The translations under genes were made by a program, and so were the position numbers. From IMG/VR virus record IMGVR_UViG_3300050821_001198, positions 1 to 64,000 of that record: 64,000 bases of DNA. One strand, given 5' to 3'. The notes below the pieces were generated by a model. The model was not told the origin of the DNA. It did no database searches and saw only the letters and a list, made by a program, of their open reading frames with translations. Below, in pieces: positions 55,864 through 64,000 of the stretch (its first letter is position 1; every line of letters begins with the position of its first letter). The stretch comes from a virus.

Positions 55864-56265
55864 CTATGAACTCAGGCGAGGGCTCTTGCAGTTGTTCAGG
55901 AACTCCACCGGGAGGTTCCTAACAGTCCACGATCCATCGTTCGTACGTTCGGCGTAGATCACGTTCCGAATGTCCGACGCGAGCAAAAGCTGAGCACACG
56001 ACGCACAAGGCTTAGAGACCTGAGCAAAGTTGTCACTCCGGGTCAACGTCACTACGAGACAGTCGATATCTCTCGTGCCCCTCCAGATGTTCCAGAGCCC
56101 TTGCAGGGCATGCCGCTCGGCATGAACCGACCGTAGCTCGCCTGCAAGGTCGGAATCGTGAGAGCACCCGTTTGACAAGATGGTGTTGCCCCTAAAGAGG
56201 ACTGCGCCGACCCGGTGCCTACGGAAGACTGAACGCTGAGCCTGCTTAGTCGCACGCCGCCACAT
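55864..56265 (-). CDS. cytidine/dCMP deaminase family protein
   Basis: HRVGAVL, HAE, KPCASC; start uncertain. Confidence 0.85.
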   Translation of the reverse strand: MWRRATKQAQRSVFRRHRVGAVLFRGNTILSNGCSHDSDLAGELRSVHAERHALQGLWNIWRGTRDIDCLVVTLTRSDNFAQVSKPCASCAQLLLASDIRNVIYAERTNDGSWTVRNLPVEFLNNCKSPRLSS

Positions 56266-56314
56266 CTCTAGAGGCGCGGCCGTCTCCAAGAGACTATCAG
56301 GCGGGACGCTCCCC

Positions 56315-57013
56315 TTAGGCTCCCTTTGGGGTCTCATCGTTCTCGCACATGACCTTGTACAGATCATTTGTGGCCGTGTGGAAGACAACGACACCCTCGG
56401 GCGGGAAGAACCCCGGTGACGCCTTCGAGCCGGACGCACGAAGCATCCCTACCACCGAATTGATGCGCTCGGTGGAGAAGGTATGGATGTCGAGGACCGG
56501 GACGGTGTGCAGGTTCTCGGTGAAGAAATCGGGAGCATCCGGATTCATGACAGACGACCACTTCTTGACGTTGAAGAGCGAGAACTTCTTGACACCCTTC
56601 TCTAGTCCGTAGCCCCGCTGGATGCCGGAACCCCACCACTCGCCAAAGTGATATCCGTCGCCCAGGTCCATCGCCAGGCTCACTGCGTTGTCGAATACCC
56701 ACTGAGCGAAGTTGAAGTTGTCCTGCTCTGGAGTGATGAGACGCTTCCGACTCTGGCACCCGACCCAGACAAGCTGTCCGTCAGCCGGATTGATGACGAT
56801 GGTGCCACCCTCGTACCGAATGTGGTCGAACACGCCCTCGTGGGCCACCCGTTCCTTGATGTACTCGGGAACAAGATCGTAGCTGATTATCACCGCTGCA
56901 TTCGTGCCGTCAATCTTCTCGGTGACGACCACGTTGCGATTCAAGCGGCCAATCTTAGGCCACGCCCGAAACTCGGGCTTGATCTCAGTGGCCTCGATTG
57001 TTGCTGAAGACAT
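56315..57013 (-). CDS. RNA ligase (Rnl2-like nucleotidyltransferase domain)
   Basis: WPKI.RL, TEKIDGTN, QSR, FGEWWG.GIQ, EGVVV, YK. Confidence 0.85.
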   Translation of the reverse strand: MSSATIEATEIKPEFRAWPKIGRLNRNVVVTEKIDGTNAAVIISYDLVPEYIKERVAHEGVFDHIRYEGGTIVINPADGQLVWVGCQSRKRLITPEQDNFNFAQWVFDNAVSLAMDLGDGYHFGEWWGSGIQRGYGLEKGVKKFSLFNVKKWSSVMNPDAPDFFTENLHTVPVLDIHTFSTERINSVVGMLRASGSKASPGFFPPEGVVVFHTATNDLYKVMCENDETPKGA

Positions 57014-57203
57014 CTCGCTCACCTTCTGCTCGCATTTCGATCTCGTGGGCAATCGTGGAGTCGATCCTGTAGACCTGATCTCCGTCCTCGTCTCGGCCCT
57101 GGTAGGCCGGTCCTAGACACTCTCGCCAACGGGCATCCGTCGCCGCGCCAGCACGGACCCGATCTAGTCGGATCTCTCTATTCGGCTTGAGGACAAACCT
57201 CAT
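56985..57203 (-). CDS. hypothetical protein
   Basis: ATGA overlap. Confidence 0.5.
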   Translation of the reverse strand: MRFVLKPNREIRLDRVRAGAATDARWRECLGPAYQGRDEDGDQVYRIDSTIAHEIEMRAEGERDVFSNNRGH

Positions 57204-57382
57204 GAGCTTGTCGCATTCCGGGAATCCGCCTGGATTCTCGACGTAGGCCGACGACCGTTACCGTTGGGTGACGACTTGTGCCGGTTCATCGAACCCGGCT
57301 TGTGAGTGCTGGGGTTGATCTTGCCCGCGCCAGCGATACGACGTTCTAGGCGTGCGGTCTGCCTATCAAGTGGTTTAGCCAT
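57200..57382 (-). CDS. small basic protein
   Basis: Leaderless after TTGACC-N17-TACTGT (57389-57417). Confidence 0.6.
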   Translation of the reverse strand: MAKPLDRQTARLERRIAGAGKINPSTHKPGSMNRHKSSPNGNGRRPTSRIQADSRNATSS

Positions 57383-57406
57383 AAACGGACAGTAGCAAAC
57401 AACAAA

Positions 57407-57436
57407 GCCCCGGTCAAGCTTCTGGCTTGCCGGGGC
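57407..57436 (-). terminator. intrinsic terminator after tRNA
   Basis: GCCCCGG(T)CAAGC/GCTTGCCGGGGC hairpin followed by TTTGTTGTTT on the minus strand. Confidence 0.7.
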
Positions 57437-57446
57437 GATGTTCAGG

Positions 57447-57526
57447 ATGCGGAGGTAGGAATCGAACCGTTTATGACGACCTTCTGGTTATGAGCCAGAC
57501 GAGCTACCTAGCTGCTCTACTCCACG
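57447..57526 (-). tRNA. initiator-type tRNA-Met(CAT), aberrant (insertion in T stem; possible pseudo-tRNA)
   Basis: C1-A72 mismatch, GAGCAG..GGTAGCTC D arm, CTCATAA loop, GGTTCGATTCC. Confidence 0.75.
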
Positions 57527-57533
57527 GTACTTA

Positions 57534-58946
57534 CTACAACGCTAGGGCCGCATTGTTACGTACCTGATCGAATGTCTGGTACCTGGAGAGCGATCCGTTC
57601 TCGAAGACCTGTTCGAGCAGATTGTGCCCTCCAACCTCGGCCTCCCGCACGGTTCGGACTTCCCCGTTGTTGCTATAAAGAGCCAGCCTGCCTCGCTTGC
57701 TCTTCTTGGTCGAATCCACCGGGTCCTTCCAGACATCGTGCCACTCCCCGTTTCGTCTCTGCGACGATGACTTGAAAGCGTTTCGTTGTGTGTCTCGGTC
57801 GTGCTTCTGGTGCAGCCCTCCGCCCATTCCGAGAGCAGCTATGTTCTCGGGTGCCCACCCGGCATCCACCACCGCCTGCATGATCTCGAAGACAGCCTCA
57901 GGAGTCGGGATACCGTCTCCCCAGAGAGTCCGGATCTGACTCGGGAGCAACTTGAGCCCCTTAGAGTTGTGCTGGATGTAGCCGGTCAGGTTGGCTCCCA
58001 TGCGGTTCAGGAGCGCCACCATCAGTGCGGGCGGCGTCGGATGCTGCTTGGTTGTCGAATCCGGCCGCACCACGAACGGCATGGTGCGGTTCATGATCGT
58101 CGGGAGCCATGGTCCGGTGACCTGATCCACGAAGTCGTAGATGTTGTAAGAGTCGCCCACTTCCGAGAGAATTGAGTCCGGATTGTCCTTCATGATCCTA
58201 AGGGCTTGTTCGTACTCGCCATCTCGACCCAGGGCCGTCATCGTGCTGTGCTCGGTGGCCGCCACAGAGTACGCCAGAGTGTCGAGGTTAGCGTTGTAGT
58301 AGTCCAGAGCCAACTCCATGGCGACAGGAGTATCACTGCCCGCGAAGTTGATTAGGTGACCGGCACCGCCGACTGCGGCCGATTCGTCAGAGGACGCGCC
58401 TCTGTAACCAAAGTCGTGAAGCATGTACGGGAGCCCATCCAGACCGTCTCCGTAGGTCTTCAAGAAACCTGCTAGGCCCTCCTTGATTGTCCGACTGATC
58501 GTCGCAACGTTGGACGAAGACCAGACGTGTGTCAGAAGCGACTCAAGAGCGTTGGTGAGCCAAAAGCAGTCGGGGTCCGTGTTCTCCACGGTCATCATGA
58601 CGTTGGAGATCGGCACAGGAGTCCCCTCGGGGACGGCACTGATACGTAGCGGAAGTCTGCCTCCGTGCTTGTCGATGATGTGCTGCCACCCTTCCTCATG
58701 GAAGAGGGGACGGCCAAAGTGCGCCAGCGCTAGCTTCTTGGCGTGTGCCAACTTCTCCGGTGTCACAACCTGACCCTCTAGGTATTCCTGAAGGAGATAC
58801 TGGAGTCCAAAGAAGACCGTGTATGGGTACTTGGCTCCGTCACGGCTCTCGAAGTAACTGTAGACGCCGGTCGTGTTCGTCGGGTACTGCTTCCAGTGTG
58901 TCAGCTTGTAGCTGTCAGTCTTGGTGATGATGTTCTTGGTTCTCAT
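57534..58946 (-). CDS. nadV: nicotinamide phosphoribosyltransferase (NAMPT)
   Basis: TDSYKLTH, LHDFGYRG, HLINF.GSD, A.EHS, DSY, VVRPDS, WGDG, GMGGGL. Confidence 0.93.
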   Translation of the reverse strand: MRTKNIITKTDSYKLTHWKQYPTNTTGVYSYFESRDGAKYPYTVFFGLQYLLQEYLEGQVVTPEKLAHAKKLALAHFGRPLFHEEGWQHIIDKHGGRLPLRISAVPEGTPVPISNVMMTVENTDPDCFWLTNALESLLTHVWSSSNVATISRTIKEGLAGFLKTYGDGLDGLPYMLHDFGYRGASSDESAAVGGAGHLINFAGSDTPVAMELALDYYNANLDTLAYSVAATEHSTMTALGRDGEYEQALRIMKDNPDSILSEVGDSYNIYDFVDQVTGPWLPTIMNRTMPFVVRPDSTTKQHPTPPALMVALLNRMGANLTGYIQHNSKGLKLLPSQIRTLWGDGIPTPEAVFEIMQAVVDAGWAPENIAALGMGGGLHQKHDRDTQRNAFKSSSQRRNGEWHDVWKDPVDSTKKSKRGRLALYSNNGEVRTVREAEVGGHNLLEQVFENGSLSRYQTFDQVRNNAALAL

Positions 58947-58967
58947 GGTATCTGTAATCCTTGAGCG

Positions 58968-59870
58968 TTAGGCCCACGCAAGGCCAAGAGCCTCGATGAG
59001 CGGGTGGTGTGTGGGAACGATGTCCCGTTTGTACAAGCCGTCCGCAGGGAACCAACGGATCTCCGCCAGATCATCTCCCGCTTCAAGCGGTCCGTGCAGG
59101 AGCTTCGCACGGAAGAGGAATGTCATGATGCCGTCTGGCTCGCCCTTATACCGCCAGTCATCAACGACAAGAGAGGCGACGTACTCGGGATCAGTGATTG
59201 AAGCGCTTGTCTCTTCGCCCATCTCGCGGCGGGCCGCCGCCTCGGCACTACTGTCAGAGGGGTCGATGAATCCTCCGGGGAAGCGGAACTCAGTCTCTTC
59301 GGGTTTACGCCCCAGCAAGACCTTCGACCCATCCTCGTTGAAGCATGCGATGTCCACGGTGGGGTAAGTCGTATCCCAGCGATTGAAGGTCGCCCAGATG
59401 ACACCCTCTCTGAATTCCGGTGTGGCCTTGGTGCTCCGGGATGCGATCTCCTTCCGCATCTCCGTGCCGCTGACGTAGGATTCCTGCTCGAACTCCCGCG
59501 TTGGGAGCGTTCCGTGGTAGCGAGAGATGAATCCGTCACGTCCTCCATAGACGCACACCGACTGCGAGGGGGTCAAGTTCTTACGGACCTCCCGGTCGAA
59601 GTTGCGGGACCAGAGACGGTCCGACCACGAGTCATCGATGTACCCGACCGTGACGTTCGGGAACTCAGCAAGGACCATCTGCTTCCTCGCCTCGTAGTCG
59701 AGCGGGTTGCCCTGAGAGTTGCGAATCGGGGCGAGCCCGATAAAGACCAGCACTTTGTCGTGCCGATCACAGACCTGTTGGATCAGGTCTCGGTGCGCCC
59801 AATGCAGGGACGCTACCTGGAATCGTCCGACGACGACTCCAACGTCGTATGGCTCTTCTTTGAGCTTCAT
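58968..59870 (-). CDS. nadM: bifunctional NMN adenylyltransferase / Nudix (ADP-ribose) hydrolase
   Basis: VGRFQ..LHWAH, NPL, SGT..R; Nudix PGGF......AARREMGEET, GDD. Confidence 0.9.
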   Translation of the reverse strand: MKLKEEPYDVGVVVGRFQVASLHWAHRDLIQQVCDRHDKVLVFIGLAPIRNSQGNPLDYEARKQMVLAEFPNVTVGYIDDSWSDRLWSRNFDREVRKNLTPSQSVCVYGGRDGFISRYHGTLPTREFEQESYVSGTEMRKEIASRSTKATPEFREGVIWATFNRWDTTYPTVDIACFNEDGSKVLLGRKPEETEFRFPGGFIDPSDSSAEAAARREMGEETSASITDPEYVASLVVDDWRYKGEPDGIMTFLFRAKLLHGPLEAGDDLAEIRWFPADGLYKRDIVPTHHPLIEALGLAWA

Positions 59871-59937
59871 GTGTTCCTCACGGTTGTATCTGTAAACCCT
59901 CGTAGGGGAACTGCTATTCAGTTGGTACTTACGTGAG

Positions 59938-59966
59938 AGGGTATCAGCCGTATCTAGGTCCGTCAA
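59938..59966 (-). promoter_or_regulatory. promoter TTGACG-N17-TACCCT of the NAD operon
   Basis: Followed by a ~60-nt structured leader. Confidence 0.6.
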
Positions 59967-60168
59967 GCGGATCTAGGTCGTTCATCTTCCGGAGGAAGTC
60001 CTTATCCCAATCGTCTGTGATCTGAGATTGGACTCGGATGCAAAGCGCACAGAGGTAGCGCCCGTTAGCGACCATGATGTTCGGAATGAACTCCGCTCCG
60101 CACTCAGAGCACTTAGGTTTATTGAGATTTGCAGGCATTTTGCTATCGGGCTCGTCTTTGAATCTCAT
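59944..60168 (-). CDS. small Zn-finger protein
   Basis: CSECG...CALC. Confidence 0.5.
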   Translation of the reverse strand: MRFKDEPDSKMPANLNKPKCSECGAEFIPNIMVANGRYLCALCIRVQSQITDDWDKDFLRKMNDLDPLDGPRYG

Positions 60169-60400
60169 CCCACCACTCGTTGAGATCTGCAAGGAAAGCG
60201 TCGTCCCAATCATCCCCGTGGGCTTCAAGGATGCGGCCCACCTGTTCATCTGGACTACCCTTGACCTTGGCGAGCACTGGCGCTTCACAATCCGGGCAGA
60301 GGGCAAGTCTACGGTACGCCACGATATCGATTGGCTCATCGCAGACCTTGCAGTAGAAGTGGTCTCCGTCGCCAGACGAGAAGTTGAATGCACCGGGCAT
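60143..60400 (-). CDS. small Zn-ribbon protein
   Basis: CKVCD...CPDC. Confidence 0.6.
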   Translation of the reverse strand: MPGAFNFSSGDGDHFYCKVCDEPIDIVAYRRLALCPDCEAPVLAKVKGSPDEQVGRILEAHGDDWDDAFLADLNEWWDEIQRRAR

Positions 60401-60407
60401 GACTAAG

Positions 60408-60481
60408 CTGGGGAGGCAGGGCTCGAACCTGCGACATGCGGACTAACCACCACGCCGCTCTACCAACTGAGCTACTCCCCA
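60408..60481 (-). tRNA. tRNA-Asn(GTT)-like with aberrant anticodon arm
   Basis: TGGGGAG/CTCCCCA acceptor, TAGCTCAGTTGGTAGAGC, GCAGGTTCGAGCCCTGC; anticodon arm GCGTGG-TGGTTAG-TCCGC. Confidence 0.75.
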
Positions 60482-60488
60482 AGGAGCC

Positions 60489-61211
60489 CTACCGAACCTC
60501 ATCTACAAACCCTAGCTTGAGAGCATCGTCGGCCGTCATCCACCAGTCCTTACGATCCCAATTGCGCTTGATGAACGCCTTGGTGGTCTTGGGATTGATG
60601 GGCTTCGACCGTTCCTCGAAGATATCAAGGATACGCTCGTGAAACAAGCTCATGAGACGAACCCGATCCTCGACCTGGGCAAAATCACCGATTGCGCCCA
60701 ACGATCCCTGATGGAGTAGGAGGATGCAGTTCTTGCCCATGATCCGCGTCGTGCCAACCTGGAGGATGACGCCGCCCATCGACGCTGCCACCCCAAGAGC
60801 CACCGTGTTGACAGTGTGACCCTTGTCTTGGAGAGACCTGATGAAGTCCACAAGCGCAAGGCCCGCGAAGATCGATCCACCGGGCGAGTTGATCTGAACC
60901 TCAATCTCGCACTCGGGGTTGAGACGTGACCACTCGGTCAGTTTGGTAATGCACGACTTCACCGTATTGTCATCGACTTGTTTGTCGAAGACGTAGACGA
61001 AGTTGTTGGAGTTGTTGGCTTGCTCGGCCGCTTCCTCGCGCTGCTTCGTGCGTAGATTGATGGCACTGATCATGGCATCGTTGCCCGCCTTCTGGGCCTG
61101 TGCCGAGAAGAGGTCGCGTTCGGCCAAGCGAACCTCGGCCAACGCCTCGAATGCGGCGATCTCCGCCTTATGAAGCGGTCGGGTAGTGTCTGCCTTGTCT
61201 GGGGCTGGCAT
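60489..61211 (-). CDS. clpP: ClpP-like serine protease
   Basis: INSPGGS, GVAASMG, LLHQ, RKDWWMTA.DALKLGFVD. Confidence 0.85.
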   Translation of the reverse strand: MPAPDKADTTRPLHKAEIAAFEALAEVRLAERDLFSAQAQKAGNDAMISAINLRTKQREEAAEQANNSNNFVYVFDKQVDDNTVKSCITKLTEWSRLNPECEIEVQINSPGGSIFAGLALVDFIRSLQDKGHTVNTVALGVAASMGGVILQVGTTRIMGKNCILLLHQGSLGAIGDFAQVEDRVRLMSLFHERILDIFEERSKPINPKTTKAFIKRNWDRKDWWMTADDALKLGFVDEVR

Positions 61212-61223
61212 AAATGCTCCTGG

Positions 61224-61916
61224 TTATGGTGCCACGCGGCCCGCAGCCACGAAAGCTCGATGGGTTGTCGGCAAATGCCTAGCGAAGATTCCCTCTATCG
61301 CCTCTGCATACCGTCTGATCTCGTACATTGCTCCGGGTGAGTTTCGGAGGGCGAGGAAGTTCATCAGAGAGCGACTATTGGCCGTCCAGCGAATCTCCGT
61401 ATACAAGTTGAGAGGAAGAGAGATACGGGCCTGCTCCTTAGCCACACCGCGCCTAAGCCACTTCTTGTAGAAGTTCCAGGCAGCTTGGTTGGCCTCGGCT
61501 AGATCGTCTAGGTACTCCGCGTACATCTCCGGATCTTCTATGGTCTCGAAGGTGTAGGCTCCGGGCCGCCCCTTCTGGACTCGAAGGTGATCGGGCTCAA
61601 AGAAGTCGCCCCGCATCTCCACGTACCGTCCGCTCTCTTCGTTGACCGAGAATCCGATCCGATGCCGAATCCACTCACGCATCACGAATACCGGGAGACG
61701 GATGTGCCACATCGAATAGAACCCCTGCTCAAATGGTGATCCATGCTTGTTCTTGAGCAAGTAGTTGATCAACCTAGCGTCATCGTTGCTGAATTCCAGG
61801 CTTTCCTTGGCGAAAGAGACGCGAGCCGCGTTCACGATGTCCAACTCGCTCCCGATCCATTTGGTTAGTTCGACAAATCCATGGGGCTCGAAGATGACTT
61901 GCGCGTCCTCCGTCAT
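61224..61916 (-). CDS. thyX: FAD-dependent thymidylate synthase
   Basis: AARVS, H.SPFE, WIRHR..SVNEESGRY, KEQAR..LP, NFLALR. Confidence 0.95.
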   Translation of the reverse strand: MTEDAQVIFEPHGFVELTKWIGSELDIVNAARVSFAKESLEFSNDDARLINYLLKNKHGSPFEQGFYSMWHIRLPVFVMREWIRHRIGFSVNEESGRYVEMRGDFFEPDHLRVQKGRPGAYTFETIEDPEMYAEYLDDLAEANQAAWNFYKKWLRRGVAKEQARISLPLNLYTEIRWTANSRSLMNFLALRNSPGAMYEIRRYAEAIEGIFARHLPTTHRAFVAAGRVAP

Positions 61917-61965
61917 TCAGTCGCCCCAGCCAGGGTCTCGGTTTCGGGCGGATCTCATGCGGAGG

Positions 61966-61994
61966 ACCGTATCAGGCCCTCCGCCTTCTGTCAA
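61966..61994 (-). promoter_or_regulatory. promoter TTGACA-N17-TACGGT overlapping a GCGGAGG/CCTCCGC hairpin
   Basis: Drives a 13-aa uORF abutting thyX. Confidence 0.6.
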
Positions 61995-63908
61995 CTAGTA
62001 AGTAACCTCGCAGGCACCACCGACGCACGCAAGCTCCTGGGTGGCCTCTGTGTGGTCCTCAAGCTCGATTGCGGTAAGAAGCGACCAGTCGATATCTGTC
62101 GGCATAGTCTGAACAAATTGTTCATACTCGTCCTCGGTGATCTCCTGATAGGGTGCCTGCTGGTAGATGTGATCGGAGTGTGGCAGAAAGGATACCCCGC
62201 TCATCTGATCCCAATGTCGGTACACGAAGTCACCCACAGCAAGCCACTCGCTCTCGCGAACAGTGATCGTCACGGACGGCTTGTGCTCGCACCAGTGCTC
62301 GGCGTACATCAACCAGATCTCTAGCTGATCAATGGCCGACATCTGGCCACGGGTGATGAGCCCAGGCGGAGCCTTCATAGGCCACGAAAAGACCCACATG
62401 GTATCCGGATGGTGGATCTCGTCCTCATAGGGCACTCCCTGCATCATTAGCAACTGACCTACAGGATCAGTCTTGTTGAGCCGGTTGGTGCGGATGTACC
62501 AGTGACCGTGACCCGCGTGGATGCCCGAAGCGTAGGTCTGACATAGCTCTGACGTGTTTCCGCTTGGCTTGTTACAGGTGATCGCCGTGGCAGGGTTGAT
62601 CCCTAGCTTAGCGGCCCATACGGCATTGGTCTCCACCGAGTGCTCCCGCAAGCGTCCGAGAAGACCCTTACATTCATCGGTCACTTGTGAAAGGATCGAG
62701 TGTGCCATAACACCTGTCAGTGACACCCCTAGGAGACGCTCTTCCTCGCAGTTCTTCTTCCACTGAGCAGACAGGTAACGGAAGTCGGTGTACGTACTCT
62801 GGATCGTACCCAGAATCGTCGCCAGTTCGACCTTACGCATCAGTTCGGCCTCGGTGTCACCCGGGCGAACGATTACCTCGGTGAGATTGCAGGTCTGACG
62901 ATCCCGAAGAATGATCTCTGAACAGGGGTTGACTCCGAACTCATGATCGGGGTCACGACGACCGTACTTGGCCGCTTGCTTCTTGGCCGCTTCACGAGAG
63001 AAGATACCTCGCTCTCCGGACTTGGACTTGATGAGCGAGATCCACTCGTCTAGGAACCGTTCCATGGAAGGTTTCTCGGTCCATGCCGCCGAGTTATTGG
63101 CTAGCGCGTAGTGAGGATTCTCGATATCCCACCGACCACTCTTGGCCTCTCGCATGCGGTCATCGGAGGGATTCGACAGTGACAAAAGAGCGCTGCGACG
63201 GACGCCTCCGACAACTACGATATCACCGATCTTGCACATGATCCCGTGACACTCCAGAGACGTGAGCTTACGCCCCTGAGCCTCCTTGAAGATGGCCACG
63301 GTGTACCGAAACAACTCGTCAAGGGGAACGGGTCCAGAGGACCGCCCTCCCATGGTCTTGAGCCGCGCTCCAGCGGGACGTAGCTTGCTGAGATCCCATG
63401 AAGGGGTCCCGCCAGCGTACAGGGCTGCTAGGAGCCTACGAAACGCAGAAGCCCAGCCCTGCTTGGAATCCGCGACGACGATTACGTCATCGACGGGATA
63501 GAGAGTTGGTACTTCAGGAAGCTGGTTGACATACTGGCGTTCGACCGAGAAGCCAACACCTGTTCCGCACATGAGGACATACATGGCTTCGTCAAAGGCG
63601 TGGACCCGATTGATCGCCAGATAGGCGCAGTTGTAGCCAGCGATGTTGTCGCGGTCGAGAGCCGGACCCGCTGTCATGAGTGCTCGCATTGACGGCACTA
63701 GCTCCAGATTCAAGATGGCATTTCTGATCTGGTCGTACTCACCGTTGAGAGTGAATTCGTGTTTCTCGGACTGCCGCTGAATAGCTGACATGTAACGGTC
63801 AACGGTTTCCGTCCAGGTCTCGCGGCGCTTGAGGTCTTCGTTCCATCGCGCGTACTTCGTCTGATGGATTTGTTCTTGGTATGGCGTGGGGAGGCCGACT
63901 TGTGTCAC
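61995..63908 (-). CDS. nrdJ: class II (adenosylcobalamin-dependent) ribonucleotide reductase
   Basis: PSMRALM, YNC, GTGVGFSV, GGVRRSA, NPCSEI, TCNL, KPSG, C-terminal CVGGAC. Confidence 0.92.
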   Translation of the reverse strand: MTQVGLPTPYQEQIHQTKYARWNEDLKRRETWTETVDRYMSAIQRQSEKHEFTLNGEYDQIRNAILNLELVPSMRALMTAGPALDRDNIAGYNCAYLAINRVHAFDEAMYVLMCGTGVGFSVERQYVNQLPEVPTLYPVDDVIVVADSKQGWASAFRRLLAALYAGGTPSWDLSKLRPAGARLKTMGGRSSGPVPLDELFRYTVAIFKEAQGRKLTSLECHGIMCKIGDIVVVGGVRRSALLSLSNPSDDRMREAKSGRWDIENPHYALANNSAAWTEKPSMERFLDEWISLIKSKSGERGIFSREAAKKQAAKYGRRDPDHEFGVNPCSEIILRDRQTCNLTEVIVRPGDTEAELMRKVELATILGTIQSTYTDFRYLSAQWKKNCEEERLLGVSLTGVMAHSILSQVTDECKGLLGRLREHSVETNAVWAAKLGINPATAITCNKPSGNTSELCQTYASGIHAGHGHWYIRTNRLNKTDPVGQLLMMQGVPYEDEIHHPDTMWVFSWPMKAPPGLITRGQMSAIDQLEIWLMYAEHWCEHKPSVTITVRESEWLAVGDFVYRHWDQMSGVSFLPHSDHIYQQAPYQEITEDEYEQFVQTMPTDIDWSLLTAIELEDHTEATQELACVGGACEVTY

Positions 63909-64000
63909 TTGGCCCTTTCTATTCGGTTCAAAGCGTAACCGTTACCGGATAGCTAGACAGTACCAGAAAGGGGGAAGAACTGTGGCGTTCTAACACACAT

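Noticed and set aside
60489-61211. ClpP-like protein as the head maturation protease
   Set aside because: It lies in the DNA-metabolism cluster rather than the head module; not excluded but unsupported

Overview
This 64 kb window is a slice of a large, GC-rich tailed phage genome, probably infecting an actinobacterium (inferred from GC content, leaderless promoters and CCA-less tRNAs). It has four zones. (1) 1-19 kb, minus strand: a dense array of small early/accessory genes with about 14 near-consensus TTGACA-N17/18-TANNNT promoters, including ArdC, rIIA/rIIB, a priming glycosyltransferase and a UvrD-like helicase split into two genes in permuted order. (2) 19-25.4 kb, plus strand: a regulator, a signal-peptide endolysin candidate, membrane proteins and a PI3/4-kinase/HipA-like kinase. 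(3) 25.4-55.8 kb, mostly minus strand: a GT4 glycosyltransferase, collagen-like and SGNH/C1q fibres, modular multi-domain proteins, nucleotide kinases, portal and large terminase. (4) 55.8-64 kb: deaminase, RNA ligase, two aberrant tRNAs, NAMPT plus NMNAT-Nudix, ClpP-like protease, ThyX and class II RNR. The best candidate for an undescribed system is a set of modular, probably virion-packaged 'cargo polyproteins'. One 1165-aa ORF strings together a papain-like Cys-His-Asp domain, two ADP-ribosyltransferase domains (one Arr-like) and an intein-interrupted SWIM finger. Its cargo modules are lower in GC, one is bracketed by a perfect in-frame 16-bp direct repeat, and modules here and in neighbouring head genes are delimited by recurrent [K/R/H]-x-[A/S] motifs. 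All family assignments are by-eye motif recognition; no searches were run.
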